Source: a candidate division WOR-3 bacterium (lineage in GTDB: Bacteria; Hydrothermota; Tepidihabitantia; Tepidihabitantales; Tepidihabitantaceae). Taken from it: a stretch of 64,000 nt of DNA. The DNA lies in contig CBFGIT010000004.1 in assembly GCA_965648905.1 (NCBI GenBank), forward strand, positions 64,001 through 128,000, given 5' to 3'. Numbering within the stretch: the stretch's first letter is position 1; every line of letters starts with the position of its first letter. This document shows positions 19,203 through 27,847 of this stretch, piece by piece. Below the pieces are notes generated by a model. The model ran no database searches. It was not told where the DNA came from and saw only the letters and a list, made by a program, of their open reading frames with translations. The translations under genes and the position numbers were made by a program.

Positions 19203-19382
19203 GTGACTCACGCTGCAAAGGGAGGCAGTCTGCCTTCCGCGACCGAAGTCCGCCGTGCAGTACCAATCGCGCTGCTGGTTGCCGGGCTAGTCTGCCTGGG
19301 AATCGCCACTCTCCTGCAACAATGGGCTCTTGTCCACCAAGTGAGTACCAGTATATGACTGCCGTGCATGGGCCTGGTTTAG
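19203..19382 (+). CDS. Small membrane selenoprotein candidate (59 aa, C-terminal UxxC; CD1871A-family-like)
   Basis: SD GGAGG at 19190; TM helix; ends STSI-TGA-LPCMGLV-TAG; hairpin GGGCCT-GGTTT-AGGCCC starts 11 nt after the TGA. Confidence 0.75.
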
Positions 19383-19437
19383 GCCCCAAACCCGCTGTCG
19401 GAAGTCCGGCAGCACATGTTCCTGAAAGGAGGAACAC

Positions 19438-21234
19438 ATGACACCAAAGGCCGTGATTCAGGTTTTGCTGGCATTGGCTGCCACGGCCAGCGCATCGCAC
19501 CGGGTGATGGTCATCGAAGACGTCACCGCCACCTGGTGCACCTACTGCCCTGGAGCCGCGCGCGGGGCAGACGAGCTCAAGTTCCGGGCGTTCGATTCGG
19601 TGGTGGTTATCGGATACCACTCGTCCTCAAGCGACCCGTTCTATACCGCAACCGCGGCCGCCCGTATGAGCTACTACGGAGTAACGGGATATCCGACCGT
19701 GGTGCTCGACGGCTCCAACTCGATTGTCGGTGGTCTGCACACCGGTACGATGTACCCGACCTATCGTCAGTACTTTGACTACCGGAAAACCGTTCCGACG
19801 CCGCTCGAAATCGACCTGTCGGTTGCCTACGATTCAGTGAGCCGTAACGGTACTCTTACCATCGTGGTGCGCAACATCGGTTCGTCCTCAGTCAGCGGCC
19901 AGTTGCAGGTCGCGCTCATCGAGAGCCACATCTACTATCCCTGGCAGGGGATGGACAGCCTGCAGGACGTCGAGCGAACCATGCTGCCAAATGCTTCAGG
20001 CGAGGCTATCACAGTCCCGGCCGGAGATTCAGTCGTTCGTACGCGCAGTTTCAGCATCAACCCGAGCTGGGTTGCGCGCAACTGCGACTTCGTAGTCTTT
20101 GTGCAGAACAACACGAATCGCGAGATGTTCCAGGGCGCGACAATCGCGGTCATCCCCGAGCCAGTGCTTCGGTTCGTCGGTTACCAGTCGGTGCTGCCCG
20201 CACCGGGCGGCGAGTTCGACCTGACCGTTGGTCTGCGCAACATCGGCTCAGCCAATGCTCAGGGCGCAAGCGCCGCGCTCTCAACCACCGACCCGAACGT
20301 GACCGTGCTCACCGCGAATGCGAACTTCGGGCCGATCAGGGTGGCCGAGGACGGTTACGCACAGACGCCGTTTCGCATCAGCGTGTCAAGTGGCTGTCCG
20401 GACCCGCATGTCGCCTCAATGCGCCTGGTCGTCACGGGCTCGGACTTCAGTATCGACACTGTCCTCTTCCCACTCAACATCACCGCGAGCCCGGGCTACT
20501 GCGACAACATGGAGTACGGCCAGCATGGCTGGACGCACAACGGCATATTGGACAACTGGCACCTGACTACCTATCGCAGCGTGTCGCCGACTCACAGTTG
20601 GTACTGCGGCCAGGAAGGCAGCTATCAGTATACCAACGAGAATGACGCCCGGCTGATGACGCCTTTCTACACCATCGGGGACTCAACCGCGATGCACTTC
20701 CAGCACTACTACGGCACTGAGCTGAACTATGACTTCTGCCTGGTGGAAATCGGCAACGGTTCACCCTTCTGGTGGCCGCTCGCGCAGTACAGCGGCTCCT
20801 CATCAGGCTGGCAGCAGGCCGACTTCAACCTGGCCCGGTTCCAGGGGCAGACCGTGCAGGTCCGGTTCCGCTTCATCAGCGACTACAACGTGACCGGCGA
20901 AGGATGGTACATCGACGACTTCTGGAGCGGAGCGCTGACCGGGGTGGCGGAACGGTCGCATGGTCTGGTTCTTTCCACCGGGACAGGCAGCAACCCGTGC
21001 CATAAGAATGCGCGGTTGCACTATCAACTGCCCGCGGGCAGGGACGGCAGCATTGCGGTCTTCGACATCGACGGCCGCGTGGTGCGCTGCCTCAAAAGGT
21101 CAGTCACTGGTTCGGGTCGGGCCGACTGGAACCTTGCCGATGACCTCGGACAGCCGGTAGGAAACGGGACCTACTTTGTCCGACTGAAGTCAGGCGACGC
21201 TGCTCAGACCGTGAAGCTCGCCGTAGTCAGGTAG
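19438..21234 (+). CDS. Omp28-related thioredoxin-fold protein with Ig-like, beta-sandwich and T9SS/FlgD-like C-terminal domains
   Basis: Signal peptide; 'EDVTATWCTYCP', 'YYGVTGYPTVVLDG'; 'VRFRFISD..GWYIDD'; 'IAVFDIDGRVV..GTYFVRL'. Confidence 0.85.
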   Translation: MTPKAVIQVLLALAATASASHRVMVIEDVTATWCTYCPGAARGADELKFRAFDSVVVIGYHSSSSDPFYTATAAARMSYYGVTGYPTVVLDGSNSIVGGLHTGTMYPTYRQYFDYRKTVPTPLEIDLSVAYDSVSRNGTLTIVVRNIGSSSVSGQLQVALIESHIYYPWQGMDSLQDVERTMLPNASGEAITVPAGDSVVRTRSFSINPSWVARNCDFVVFVQNNTNREMFQGATIAVIPEPVLRFVGYQSVLPAPGGEFDLTVGLRNIGSANAQGASAALSTTDPNVTVLTANANFGPIRVAEDGYAQTPFRISVSSGCPDPHVASMRLVVTGSDFSIDTVLFPLNITASPGYCDNMEYGQHGWTHNGILDNWHLTTYRSVSPTHSWYCGQEGSYQYTNENDARLMTPFYTIGDSTAMHFQHYYGTELNYDFCLVEIGNGSPFWWPLAQYSGSSSGWQQADFNLARFQGQTVQVRFRFISDYNVTGEGWYIDDFWSGALTGVAERSHGLVLSTGTGSNPCHKNARLHYQLPAGRDGSIAVFDIDGRVVRCLKRSVTGSGRADWNLADDLGQPVGNGTYFVRLKSGDAAQTVKLAVVR

Positions 21235-21241
21235 GAGAACG

Positions 21242-22036
21242 ATGTCTTTGTCAGTGGCGACCAGAGCCCTTGGTCTGGCCTCCTTTCTGGGCCTGGTCGC
21301 CCTGACCGGATGTTCTTCTGCGCCCGAGGTGTCGATTATCCCGACCAACCGCGTGGTGCTGGCTGAGCTCTTTACCTGGCAGCGCTGTTCCTACTGCCCC
21401 TATGCTGCGCGCACGCTCGACAGTCTGGCCCGTGAGTTCGCAGACAGCGTGGTCGTGGTAGCGTATCACCGCCGGGTTGCGGGTGATACGCTCTCGCCCG
21501 AGTACGTCGAGGAACGACGGGCCTACTACTACGACCAGGGCGGCGAACCGGCCACGGTCTTTGACGGCGGACCGCCGGTGCGCACACCCGGGCCTGAGCA
21601 CAACTACGCGACTTTCCGCAACTACATCTTGGCCGCAAAGAGCGTGACGCCCAAGGTCCAGCTCGACCTTGCCGCGGAGCTTGACTCGCTCGAAGGCACG
21701 GTCACGGTTGCGGCGCGCGGCGTCGACTCGACACCATCAGATACTCTGCAACTGTTTGTTGTGCTGGTTGAGGACAGCGTGCGCAAAGACCTGCCCGGCG
21801 CGACTGATTCGGTGTTCAACAGCGTCATGCGGGCGATGCTGCCTGGCCCGACCGGGCGACCGATTCGGCTCACACGACTGGATACGCTGACGGTCAAAGA
21901 GTCGTTCCCTCTTAACCAGAAGTGGAACCGCGCGCGGCTCGGGGTAGTGGCGTTTGTCCAGCACCCGACCACGCAACAGGTCCTGCAGGCGGCCGCCATC
22001 CACAGACTCGCAGATACGAAAGGAGTCCAACAATGA
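21242..22036 (+). CDS. Omp28-related thioredoxin-fold lipoprotein
   Basis: Lipobox LTG-C; 'ELFTWQRCSYCP'; 'VVAFVQ..VLQA'. Confidence 0.85.
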   Translation: MSLSVATRALGLASFLGLVALTGCSSAPEVSIIPTNRVVLAELFTWQRCSYCPYAARTLDSLAREFADSVVVVAYHRRVAGDTLSPEYVEERRAYYYDQGGEPATVFDGGPPVRTPGPEHNYATFRNYILAAKSVTPKVQLDLAAELDSLEGTVTVAARGVDSTPSDTLQLFVVLVEDSVRKDLPGATDSVFNSVMRAMLPGPTGRPIRLTRLDTLTVKESFPLNQKWNRARLGVVAFVQHPTTQQVLQAAAIHRLADTKGVQQ

Positions 22037-22704
22037 ACCACTCGACACTGAGGCTCTATTTCCTGGTTCTGGCAACAGGTGTCTTCCTTACCGACGCAAC
22101 GGCGTTCTCTTCGCCGTTCAGTCTGGTCTGCCGCTCTGACACCGTGCAGCAGGTAGAACCAGGCGGCCAGTCCGAGTTTCATTTCACCTTGACCAACACC
22201 GGCACGCAGCCAGACGTCTACCGGCTTGACTACCGTGTGCTCGACAGCGTACCCGGCTGGATTGTAGTCTGCTGCGTGCGCGGCCGATGCGCTGAGCCGG
22301 GCGTGCCGTTCTTCGACACGCTGGCACCGGGCGAGGCGGACTCCTCGCCCGACCTGACCGTGTACACCAACTCGACCCACGGCGAAGAGGTCGTCAATCT
22401 CAAAGTAACGTCACTGGGCGAGCCGCAGATGGTGGACTCAATCAGTACGCGTACACGCGTGGGCGCGGGCGTTGCTGAGCCGGGCCGCTCCTCCCGGGCT
22501 TGCCGGATTCAGCCCGCAGCGCGCGTCGTGCGTGACATGCTCTTGCTGGATGCTGAATGCTCGCCAGCCGTGTTGCTCGATGCCTGCGGCCGCAGTGTTC
22601 TCAGCCTGACCAGCGGCCCAAACCGAATTGCGCGGCTCGCCCCCGGCGTGTACTTCGTGCGCCCGACCGACCACAGACCGGGCGCAAAGGTCGTAGTGAA
22701 CTAA
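22033..22704 (+). CDS. Exported Ig-like protein with a Cys cluster and a T9SS-like C-terminal tail
   Basis: Signal peptide; 'WIVVCCVRGRC'; 'LLDACGRSV..LAPGVYFV..KVVV'. Confidence 0.75.
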   Translation: MNHSTLRLYFLVLATGVFLTDATAFSSPFSLVCRSDTVQQVEPGGQSEFHFTLTNTGTQPDVYRLDYRVLDSVPGWIVVCCVRGRCAEPGVPFFDTLAPGEADSSPDLTVYTNSTHGEEVVNLKVTSLGEPQMVDSISTRTRVGAGVAEPGRSSRACRIQPAARVVRDMLLLDAECSPAVLLDACGRSVLSLTSGPNRIARLAPGVYFVRPTDHRPGAKVVVN

Positions 22705-22743
22705 GCGCCACTCGACAATGGGCCAGGGTCGGCACAAACGGCG

Positions 22744-23010
22744 GTGACTACAGGAACGCGGCCCGGCAGGGTTCCTGCCGGCTCCTGCGAACCGGACGGC
22801 GTCGAGTTGGCCTTTGCGTCGGTGCGCGAGTTGCTGCGTGCCGGCGAGCTGCTCAGGTCGGCAGGCTTTGACGTACTGGTAGTCCCGCGCCGCGTTCCGG
22901 ATTGCGGGGCGCTGCTGCTTCTCCCGCGTCGGTCGGTTGAGGCCGCACTCGCCTTGCTTGCAGCGCACTCAATTTCGCCCGTTGAGGAGGTGAATCATGA
23001 GCGACAGTAG
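22744..23010 (+). CDS. DUF3343-like putative Se/S carrier protein
   Basis: 'FASVRELLRAGELL..G..VVPRRVPDCG'; lies directly before yedF. Confidence 0.65.
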   Translation: MTTGTRPGRVPAGSCEPDGVELAFASVRELLRAGELLRSAGFDVLVVPRRVPDCGALLLLPRRSVEAALALLAAHSISPVEEVNHERQ

Positions 23011-23608
23011 TTCTGGACCGCAGAAACCAGCAGTGGAGCTTGATGTCCGCGGACTTGTCTGCCCGGAGCCGGTGGTAAGAACAAGAAAGGCTTTGGAAAG
23101 CGCCACGGTGGGAACGGTCGTGACCGTTACGACCGACAGCCCGGAGTCCCGGGACAACATCATTCGGTTTGCCCGGCGCTCAGGATGTCCGGCCGTGACC
23201 GAAGAAACAAAGTCGGGCGTCTTCATTGTTCGCATCACCAAGGCCAGTGTCCCCGGGCCGGTCTGCACGCGAACCGGCACAACCGTACTCGTTACATCAG
23301 AACGACTCGGTTCCGGTGACGACAAGCTGGGCAACCTGCTCATGACCCTGTTCCTGCGTACCCTGACCGAGCTGCCTTCACGACCATCGATTCTGGCGCT
23401 GATGAACGGCGGTATCAAACTGGCCTTGTCCGACTCGGAGCATCTTCCGTCGCTGCGTAGCCTGGCTGACCAGGGTGTCAAGGTGATGGTCTGCGGCACC
23501 TGCCTTGATTTCTTCGGGGTCAAGGACCGCGTGTCGGTCGGCACTGTCTCCAACATGTACGAACTGGCCGAATCACTCGCGGCCGCCGAGAAGGTCATCG
23601 TACTCTAA
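22997..23608 (+). CDS. yedF: Sulfurtransferase-like selenium metabolism protein YedF (TusA plus DsrE domains)
   Basis: 'LDVRGLVCPEPVV', 'LGSGDDKLG', 'MNGGIKL', 'CGTCLDFF', 'VGTVSNMYE'. Confidence 0.9.
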   Translation: MSDSSSGPQKPAVELDVRGLVCPEPVVRTRKALESATVGTVVTVTTDSPESRDNIIRFARRSGCPAVTEETKSGVFIVRITKASVPGPVCTRTGTTVLVTSERLGSGDDKLGNLLMTLFLRTLTELPSRPSILALMNGGIKLALSDSEHLPSLRSLADQGVKVMVCGTCLDFFGVKDRVSVGTVSNMYELAESLAAAEKVIVL

Positions 23609-23621
23609 TCCAGGAGGAATC

Positions 23622-24671
23622 TTGAAGCGTCGTCTGCTCGACTACGCCAAGGCCGCGGGCTGAGCGGCCAAGGTCTGCCAGGAAGACCTGGCGCAGGTAC
23701 TGCGTCAGCTTCCTGCCTTCTCGCATCCTGACCTCCTGGTCGGCGGCGAGACCTCGGACGACGCCGGCGTGTACCGGCTCGACCCGGAACGCGCGCTCGT
23801 CTTGACCGTGGACGTGCTCACGCCGATTGCCGACGACCCCTATGTCTTCGGCCAGATTGCCGCGGCCAACTCGCTATCCGACGTGTATGCCATGGGCGGC
23901 ACGCCGGTCGCGGCCCTGAGCATCATCACCTTTCCGGTCGGCGAGATTGCGCATGACGACGTGCGGGCGATGCTCGCGGGCGCTTGGGACAAGGTGCGTG
24001 AGGCCGAAGCGGTCATCGCCGGCGGCCACACGCTCAAGGATGTCGAGGTCAAGTGCGGGCTTTCGGTCACCGGCCTGGTCCACCCGGACCGGGTGGTGAA
24101 GAACGTTGGCGCCAGACCCGGCGACACGCTGGTCCTTACCAAGCCACTCGGCACCGGTATCATCACCACTGCCTTGCGGGTCGACCTCGCGCCGGCGTCC
24201 GCAGTCGCTGAGGCAAACCGAGTGATGACAACGCTGAACCGGGCTGCGGCTCGGGCCATGTGCGAGACCGGAGTTCATGCCGCGACCGATATCACCGGGT
24301 TCGGCCTGCTTGGCCATGCCTGGGAAATGGCGCAGACCGGCGACATAGACATCGTCATCGAAGCAGAACAGGTTCCGCTCATACCCGGGGCGCTGGACCT
24401 GGCTGGAGAGTCGCTCTTTCCTGCCGGCTCGCTTAAGAACTGCGACTTCATGAAATCGCGGGCCGACTTTGCTCCGTCCGTACCTGAAGACCGGCGCCTG
24501 CTCCTGTGCGATGCCCAGACATCAGGCGGGCTGCTCATGTCTGTTCCGGAAGCCCGGGCTGATTCGCTGCTGAACCGGCTTCACGATGCGGGTGTCCAAG
24601 AAGCCGCTGTTATCGGCCGGGTCCGGGAAGGTTCTGGCCGGATTCAGGTCACCTGGACTCCCCAACTGTGA
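23622..24671 (+). CDS. selD: Selenide, water dikinase SelD, Sec-containing (UGA at 23661-23663)
   Basis: SD AGGAGG and TTG start; 'YAKAAG-U-AAK'; 'SDDAGVY', 'FGQIAAANSLSDVYAMGG', 'TDITGFGLLGH', 'DAQTSGGLL'. Confidence 0.95.
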
Positions 24672-24836
24672 TCCCACCGGCCACTCATGGGTAAGGTACG
24701 ACCTGCCTGCCAAGGTCGAGGGTGCCGCCGCAGGCTGCATGCTCCGTGCCTGGCTGCTGCCGCATTGTGCTAGAACGAGACCACCATTGCTGACAAGACG
24801 ATCAAAGCCGCGATGCCATGCTTCTTCCTGGCCTCG

Positions 24837-25217
24837 TCATCTCAATGCCAGTCCGTATCCGACAACATGCGGCTGACCGGATTCCAGCACAACCCTGCCC
24901 ATCGCCTGCACGTTGCTGCCGACCCGCTGCGGGATAAAGACGTTGGTCGGGTGCATGTCTACATAGATGTCGCCGGTCCCGTCCTCCACCCATATCCAGC
25001 CGCCCGATGGGCACTCGCTCGTTATCTTCCCGGCCACAAGCACATCCCTACCCTCCCACGCCGTCGGGTTGTTCAGAATCTCCCGGGCGGACGTGATGAC
25101 CATACCAGTGGAAATCGCCTTGCCGTAGGTGGCCGCCTTTGCCGCCGCACGCCGGCTGCCGCAGCCCACGACGGCTGCGGCAGCCATCAGGACCAGCCCC
25201 AATGCGAAGTACTTCAT
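24837..25217 (-). CDS. OB-fold-like lipoprotein
   Basis: Lipobox VVG-C; 'GRDVLVAGKITSECPSGGWIWVEDGTGDIYV'. Confidence 0.7.
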   Translation of the reverse strand: MKYFALGLVLMAAAAVVGCGSRRAAAKAATYGKAISTGMVITSAREILNNPTAWEGRDVLVAGKITSECPSGGWIWVEDGTGDIYVDMHPTNVFIPQRVGSNVQAMGRVVLESGQPHVVGYGLALR

Positions 25218-25927
25218 GTCATCTCCTTTGTTGTTTCTTCTCGGATAGCTCTGCCGTCCGAGAACTCGATAATCCTGTGTCCGACCCGGGCCAGCTCCGG
25301 GTCATGGGTCGCCACGATGATGCCCAATCCTTCGTCCGCGAGCCCGCGGAAGATACCGGTCACCGACTCGCGCGACTTCCTCTCCAGCCTGCCGGTCGGC
25401 TCGTCGGCGAGGAGAATCCTCGGTCGGTTGACCAGGGCGCGCGCGATGGCAACACGCTGCATGTCACCACCGTTGAGATGACGCGGCAGCGCCTTACGCA
25501 CCTTCTCGAGTCCGACGCGCTCGATCAGCTCGGCAACGCGGCCGCCATCGCGCCGGCGGGCGAAGACGAGCGGCAGCCTGATGTTCTCCTCGACCGTCAG
25601 GGTCGGAATCAGGTAGAACAACTGAAAAATGAACCCGATGTGCTCGCGCCGGAACCGCACGAGCTCCTGCTCCTTCAGCCCGGCGACCTCGGTATCCGCA
25701 ATCTTCAGGCTACCCCTTGTCGGCCGGTCTAGGCATCCGAGCTGGTTGAGCAGCGTGGTCTTGCCCGACCCGCTCCGCCCCATGACCGAGACAATTTCGC
25801 CCGTCCTCAGGTCAAGGTCAACACCGGCCAGGGCGTGGATGGTCTCGCCGCCACGGCGAAAGCTCCGCCACAGATTCCGTGCCTCAATCAACTTCCGATC
25901 GGCCGTCGGCAACCGGTCATTGGCCAT
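25214..25927 (-). CDS. ABC transporter ATP-binding protein (LolD/MacB type)
   Basis: GRSGSGKT, LNGGDMQRVAIAR, LADEPTG, ATHD. Confidence 0.92.
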   Translation of the reverse strand: MANDRLPTADRKLIEARNLWRSFRRGGETIHALAGVDLDLRTGEIVSVMGRSGSGKTTLLNQLGCLDRPTRGSLKIADTEVAGLKEQELVRFRREHIGFIFQLFYLIPTLTVEENIRLPLVFARRRDGGRVAELIERVGLEKVRKALPRHLNGGDMQRVAIARALVNRPRILLADEPTGRLERKSRESVTGIFRGLADEGLGIIVATHDPELARVGHRIIEFSDGRAIREETTKEMT

Positions 25928-25928
25928 T

Positions 25929-26687
25929 CTAGATGACTCCGTCCTGAAGCCTTATGACCCGCGAGAACCGAGGTTCAAGACCTCGGTCATGGGTGGCGAT
26001 GACCACGGTGAGGTTCGAGCCCAGGTTCAGGTCCGAAAGGAGGTTCAGGATCTCGTCGCGGGTTCTCGTATCAAGATTCCCGGTCGGCTCGTCGGCCAGA
26101 AGGAGTTTCGGGTCGTTGATGAGCGAGCGGGCAACCGCTACTCGCTGCATCTCACCGCCGGACAGCTCAACCGGCCGGTGCGTCATACGGTGTCCCAGCC
26201 CGACGCGCTCCAGCAGTTCCCGGGCGCGCGCGCCGGACTTGCCTGGAGGACACGATTCGAATTCGGCGGACCGATTGCGGTCACTTCCCCGTGCCGGGTC
26301 GTTGCTGCCCCATATCGTCGGCAGCAACACATTCTCAAGTGCGCTCAGGTTCGGCATCAGGTAGAACTCCTGAAACACGAAGCCGATGTTGCGGCGCCGG
26401 AGTGCATCGAGCTTCACCCGGTGCCGAGTCACATCGTGTCCCAGTATGGTCAGTCGGCCCCCGGTGGGCCGGTCCATCAGGCCCAGCAGGTTTAGCAGTG
26501 TGGTCTTGCCCGCGCCCGAGTGGCCGACAACACCAAGGAACTCACCCGACTCGATGCTCAGGTCAATGCCCTTGAGCGCGTGTATCTTCTCCGCCCCGCG
26601 CCGATACACCCTGGTCAGCCCGCGCGCCTCGACTGCCTGGCCCGGCCCGCCATGCTGACTTCTGACTTCGACCGGGTCCACGCTCAC
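25929..26687 (-). CDS. ABC transporter ATP-binding protein (LolD/MacB type) with a short insertion
   Basis: GHSGAGKT, LSGGEMQR, LADEPTGNLD; GTG overlaps the upstream stop. Confidence 0.92.
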   Translation of the reverse strand: MSVDPVEVRSQHGGPGQAVEARGLTRVYRRGAEKIHALKGIDLSIESGEFLGVVGHSGAGKTTLLNLLGLMDRPTGGRLTILGHDVTRHRVKLDALRRRNIGFVFQEFYLMPNLSALENVLLPTIWGSNDPARGSDRNRSAEFESCPPGKSGARARELLERVGLGHRMTHRPVELSGGEMQRVAVARSLINDPKLLLADEPTGNLDTRTRDEILNLLSDLNLGSNLTVVIATHDRGLEPRFSRVIRLQDGVI

Positions 26688-27844
26688 TCCGTCTTTATCG
26701 CCTCGATCGGCCTGATGCTGGCGGCACGCAGCGCCGGATAGAGCCCGGCGAGGAGGCCGAGCACAATCGAGAGCCCGATGCAAGCAAGCATCGTCAGGAC
26801 CGAGAGCCCGATGAGCGAGCCCTCAGGCGCGAAGGGTATCATCCCGCGAATCAGCTCCTCGACCAGGCGTGAGGACCCGAGCGCGATGAGCACGCCGACC
26901 GCGCCGCCGCTCGCTGTGGTGAGGATAGTCTCGGCCCACGTCAGCTTGAACACGTCGCCGCGCGAGCCGCCCATCGCCTTCATCATTCCGATCTCCCGGG
27001 TCCGCTCGAACACCGCCATCAGCACCGTATTCAGTACCCCCACGCCGCCGAGGATGATGGCGATGAAGATGACTGCCGACACGAATACCCGGGTACTCGC
27101 CATCAACTGCCCGATCGTGCCGAGCAGCTCGGTCAGCGGGAATACGTTCATGTCCACTTCGCTCGCCTTGAGCGAGGCGACGAGATTATCAGTCTGGTCC
27201 ACCTTCCGGGCCTTGATGAGGATCAACACCAGCTTGCCTTCGAGCCCGGAAATCCGCTGCAGGGTCTTGCGTGGCATGAAGACGAACCCGTCGTCCTGGG
27301 TATTGGTGCGATTGACCACGGCGCTCACCCGCAGGGTCACGTTCTTCTCCGGCAGGGTCCACCGGTCGCCGGGCTCCAGTCCTGTCTCCTCGGCCACCGA
27401 CGAACCCAGGATGATGCTTGAATCCGATGCGAACCACGCACCGCGCAGCTCCCATGCCGGCCGCAGATGCATGTAGTCCTCGTCGATGCCGAGCATGATG
27501 ACGTTTCTGCCGCCGGGCTGGAACACCGCGTCCATTATCACGCCCGCGGCTTCGGCCACGCCCGGGTCGGCCTTCACTTTGTCCAGCAACCCCTCGTCCA
27601 TGTAGCGCGGCCATTTACCGCCGTGCAGCGCGATCGTCGCCGCCTCATACGGGCAGCCTTTGGGCACGACCATGACGTGCGCGCCCAGGGCCCCGAGCTC
27701 GCCTTTGAGCCGCGACTGGTAGCCCTGCTGGAACTCAAACAGCGAGTACAGCACCGCGATCGCAATCGCCACACCCAAGACGGTCAATATGGTCCGAATC
27801 GGGCGCCGGGCTAGGTTCTTGAACGCCAGCACGAACCAGGTCAT
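26684..27844 (-). CDS. MacB/FtsX-family ABC permease
   Basis: 'KNLARRPIRT', 'VVPKGCPYEAA', 'ERTREIGMMKAMG', 'YPALRAA'. Confidence 0.92.
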   Translation of the reverse strand: MTWFVLAFKNLARRPIRTILTVLGVAIAIAVLYSLFEFQQGYQSRLKGELGALGAHVMVVPKGCPYEAATIALHGGKWPRYMDEGLLDKVKADPGVAEAAGVIMDAVFQPGGRNVIMLGIDEDYMHLRPAWELRGAWFASDSSIILGSSVAEETGLEPGDRWTLPEKNVTLRVSAVVNRTNTQDDGFVFMPRKTLQRISGLEGKLVLILIKARKVDQTDNLVASLKASEVDMNVFPLTELLGTIGQLMASTRVFVSAVIFIAIILGGVGVLNTVLMAVFERTREIGMMKAMGGSRGDVFKLTWAETILTTASGGAVGVLIALGSSRLVEELIRGMIPFAPEGSLIGLSVLTMLACIGLSIVLGLLAGLYPALRAASIRPIEAIKTE

Positions 27845-27847
27845 CGG

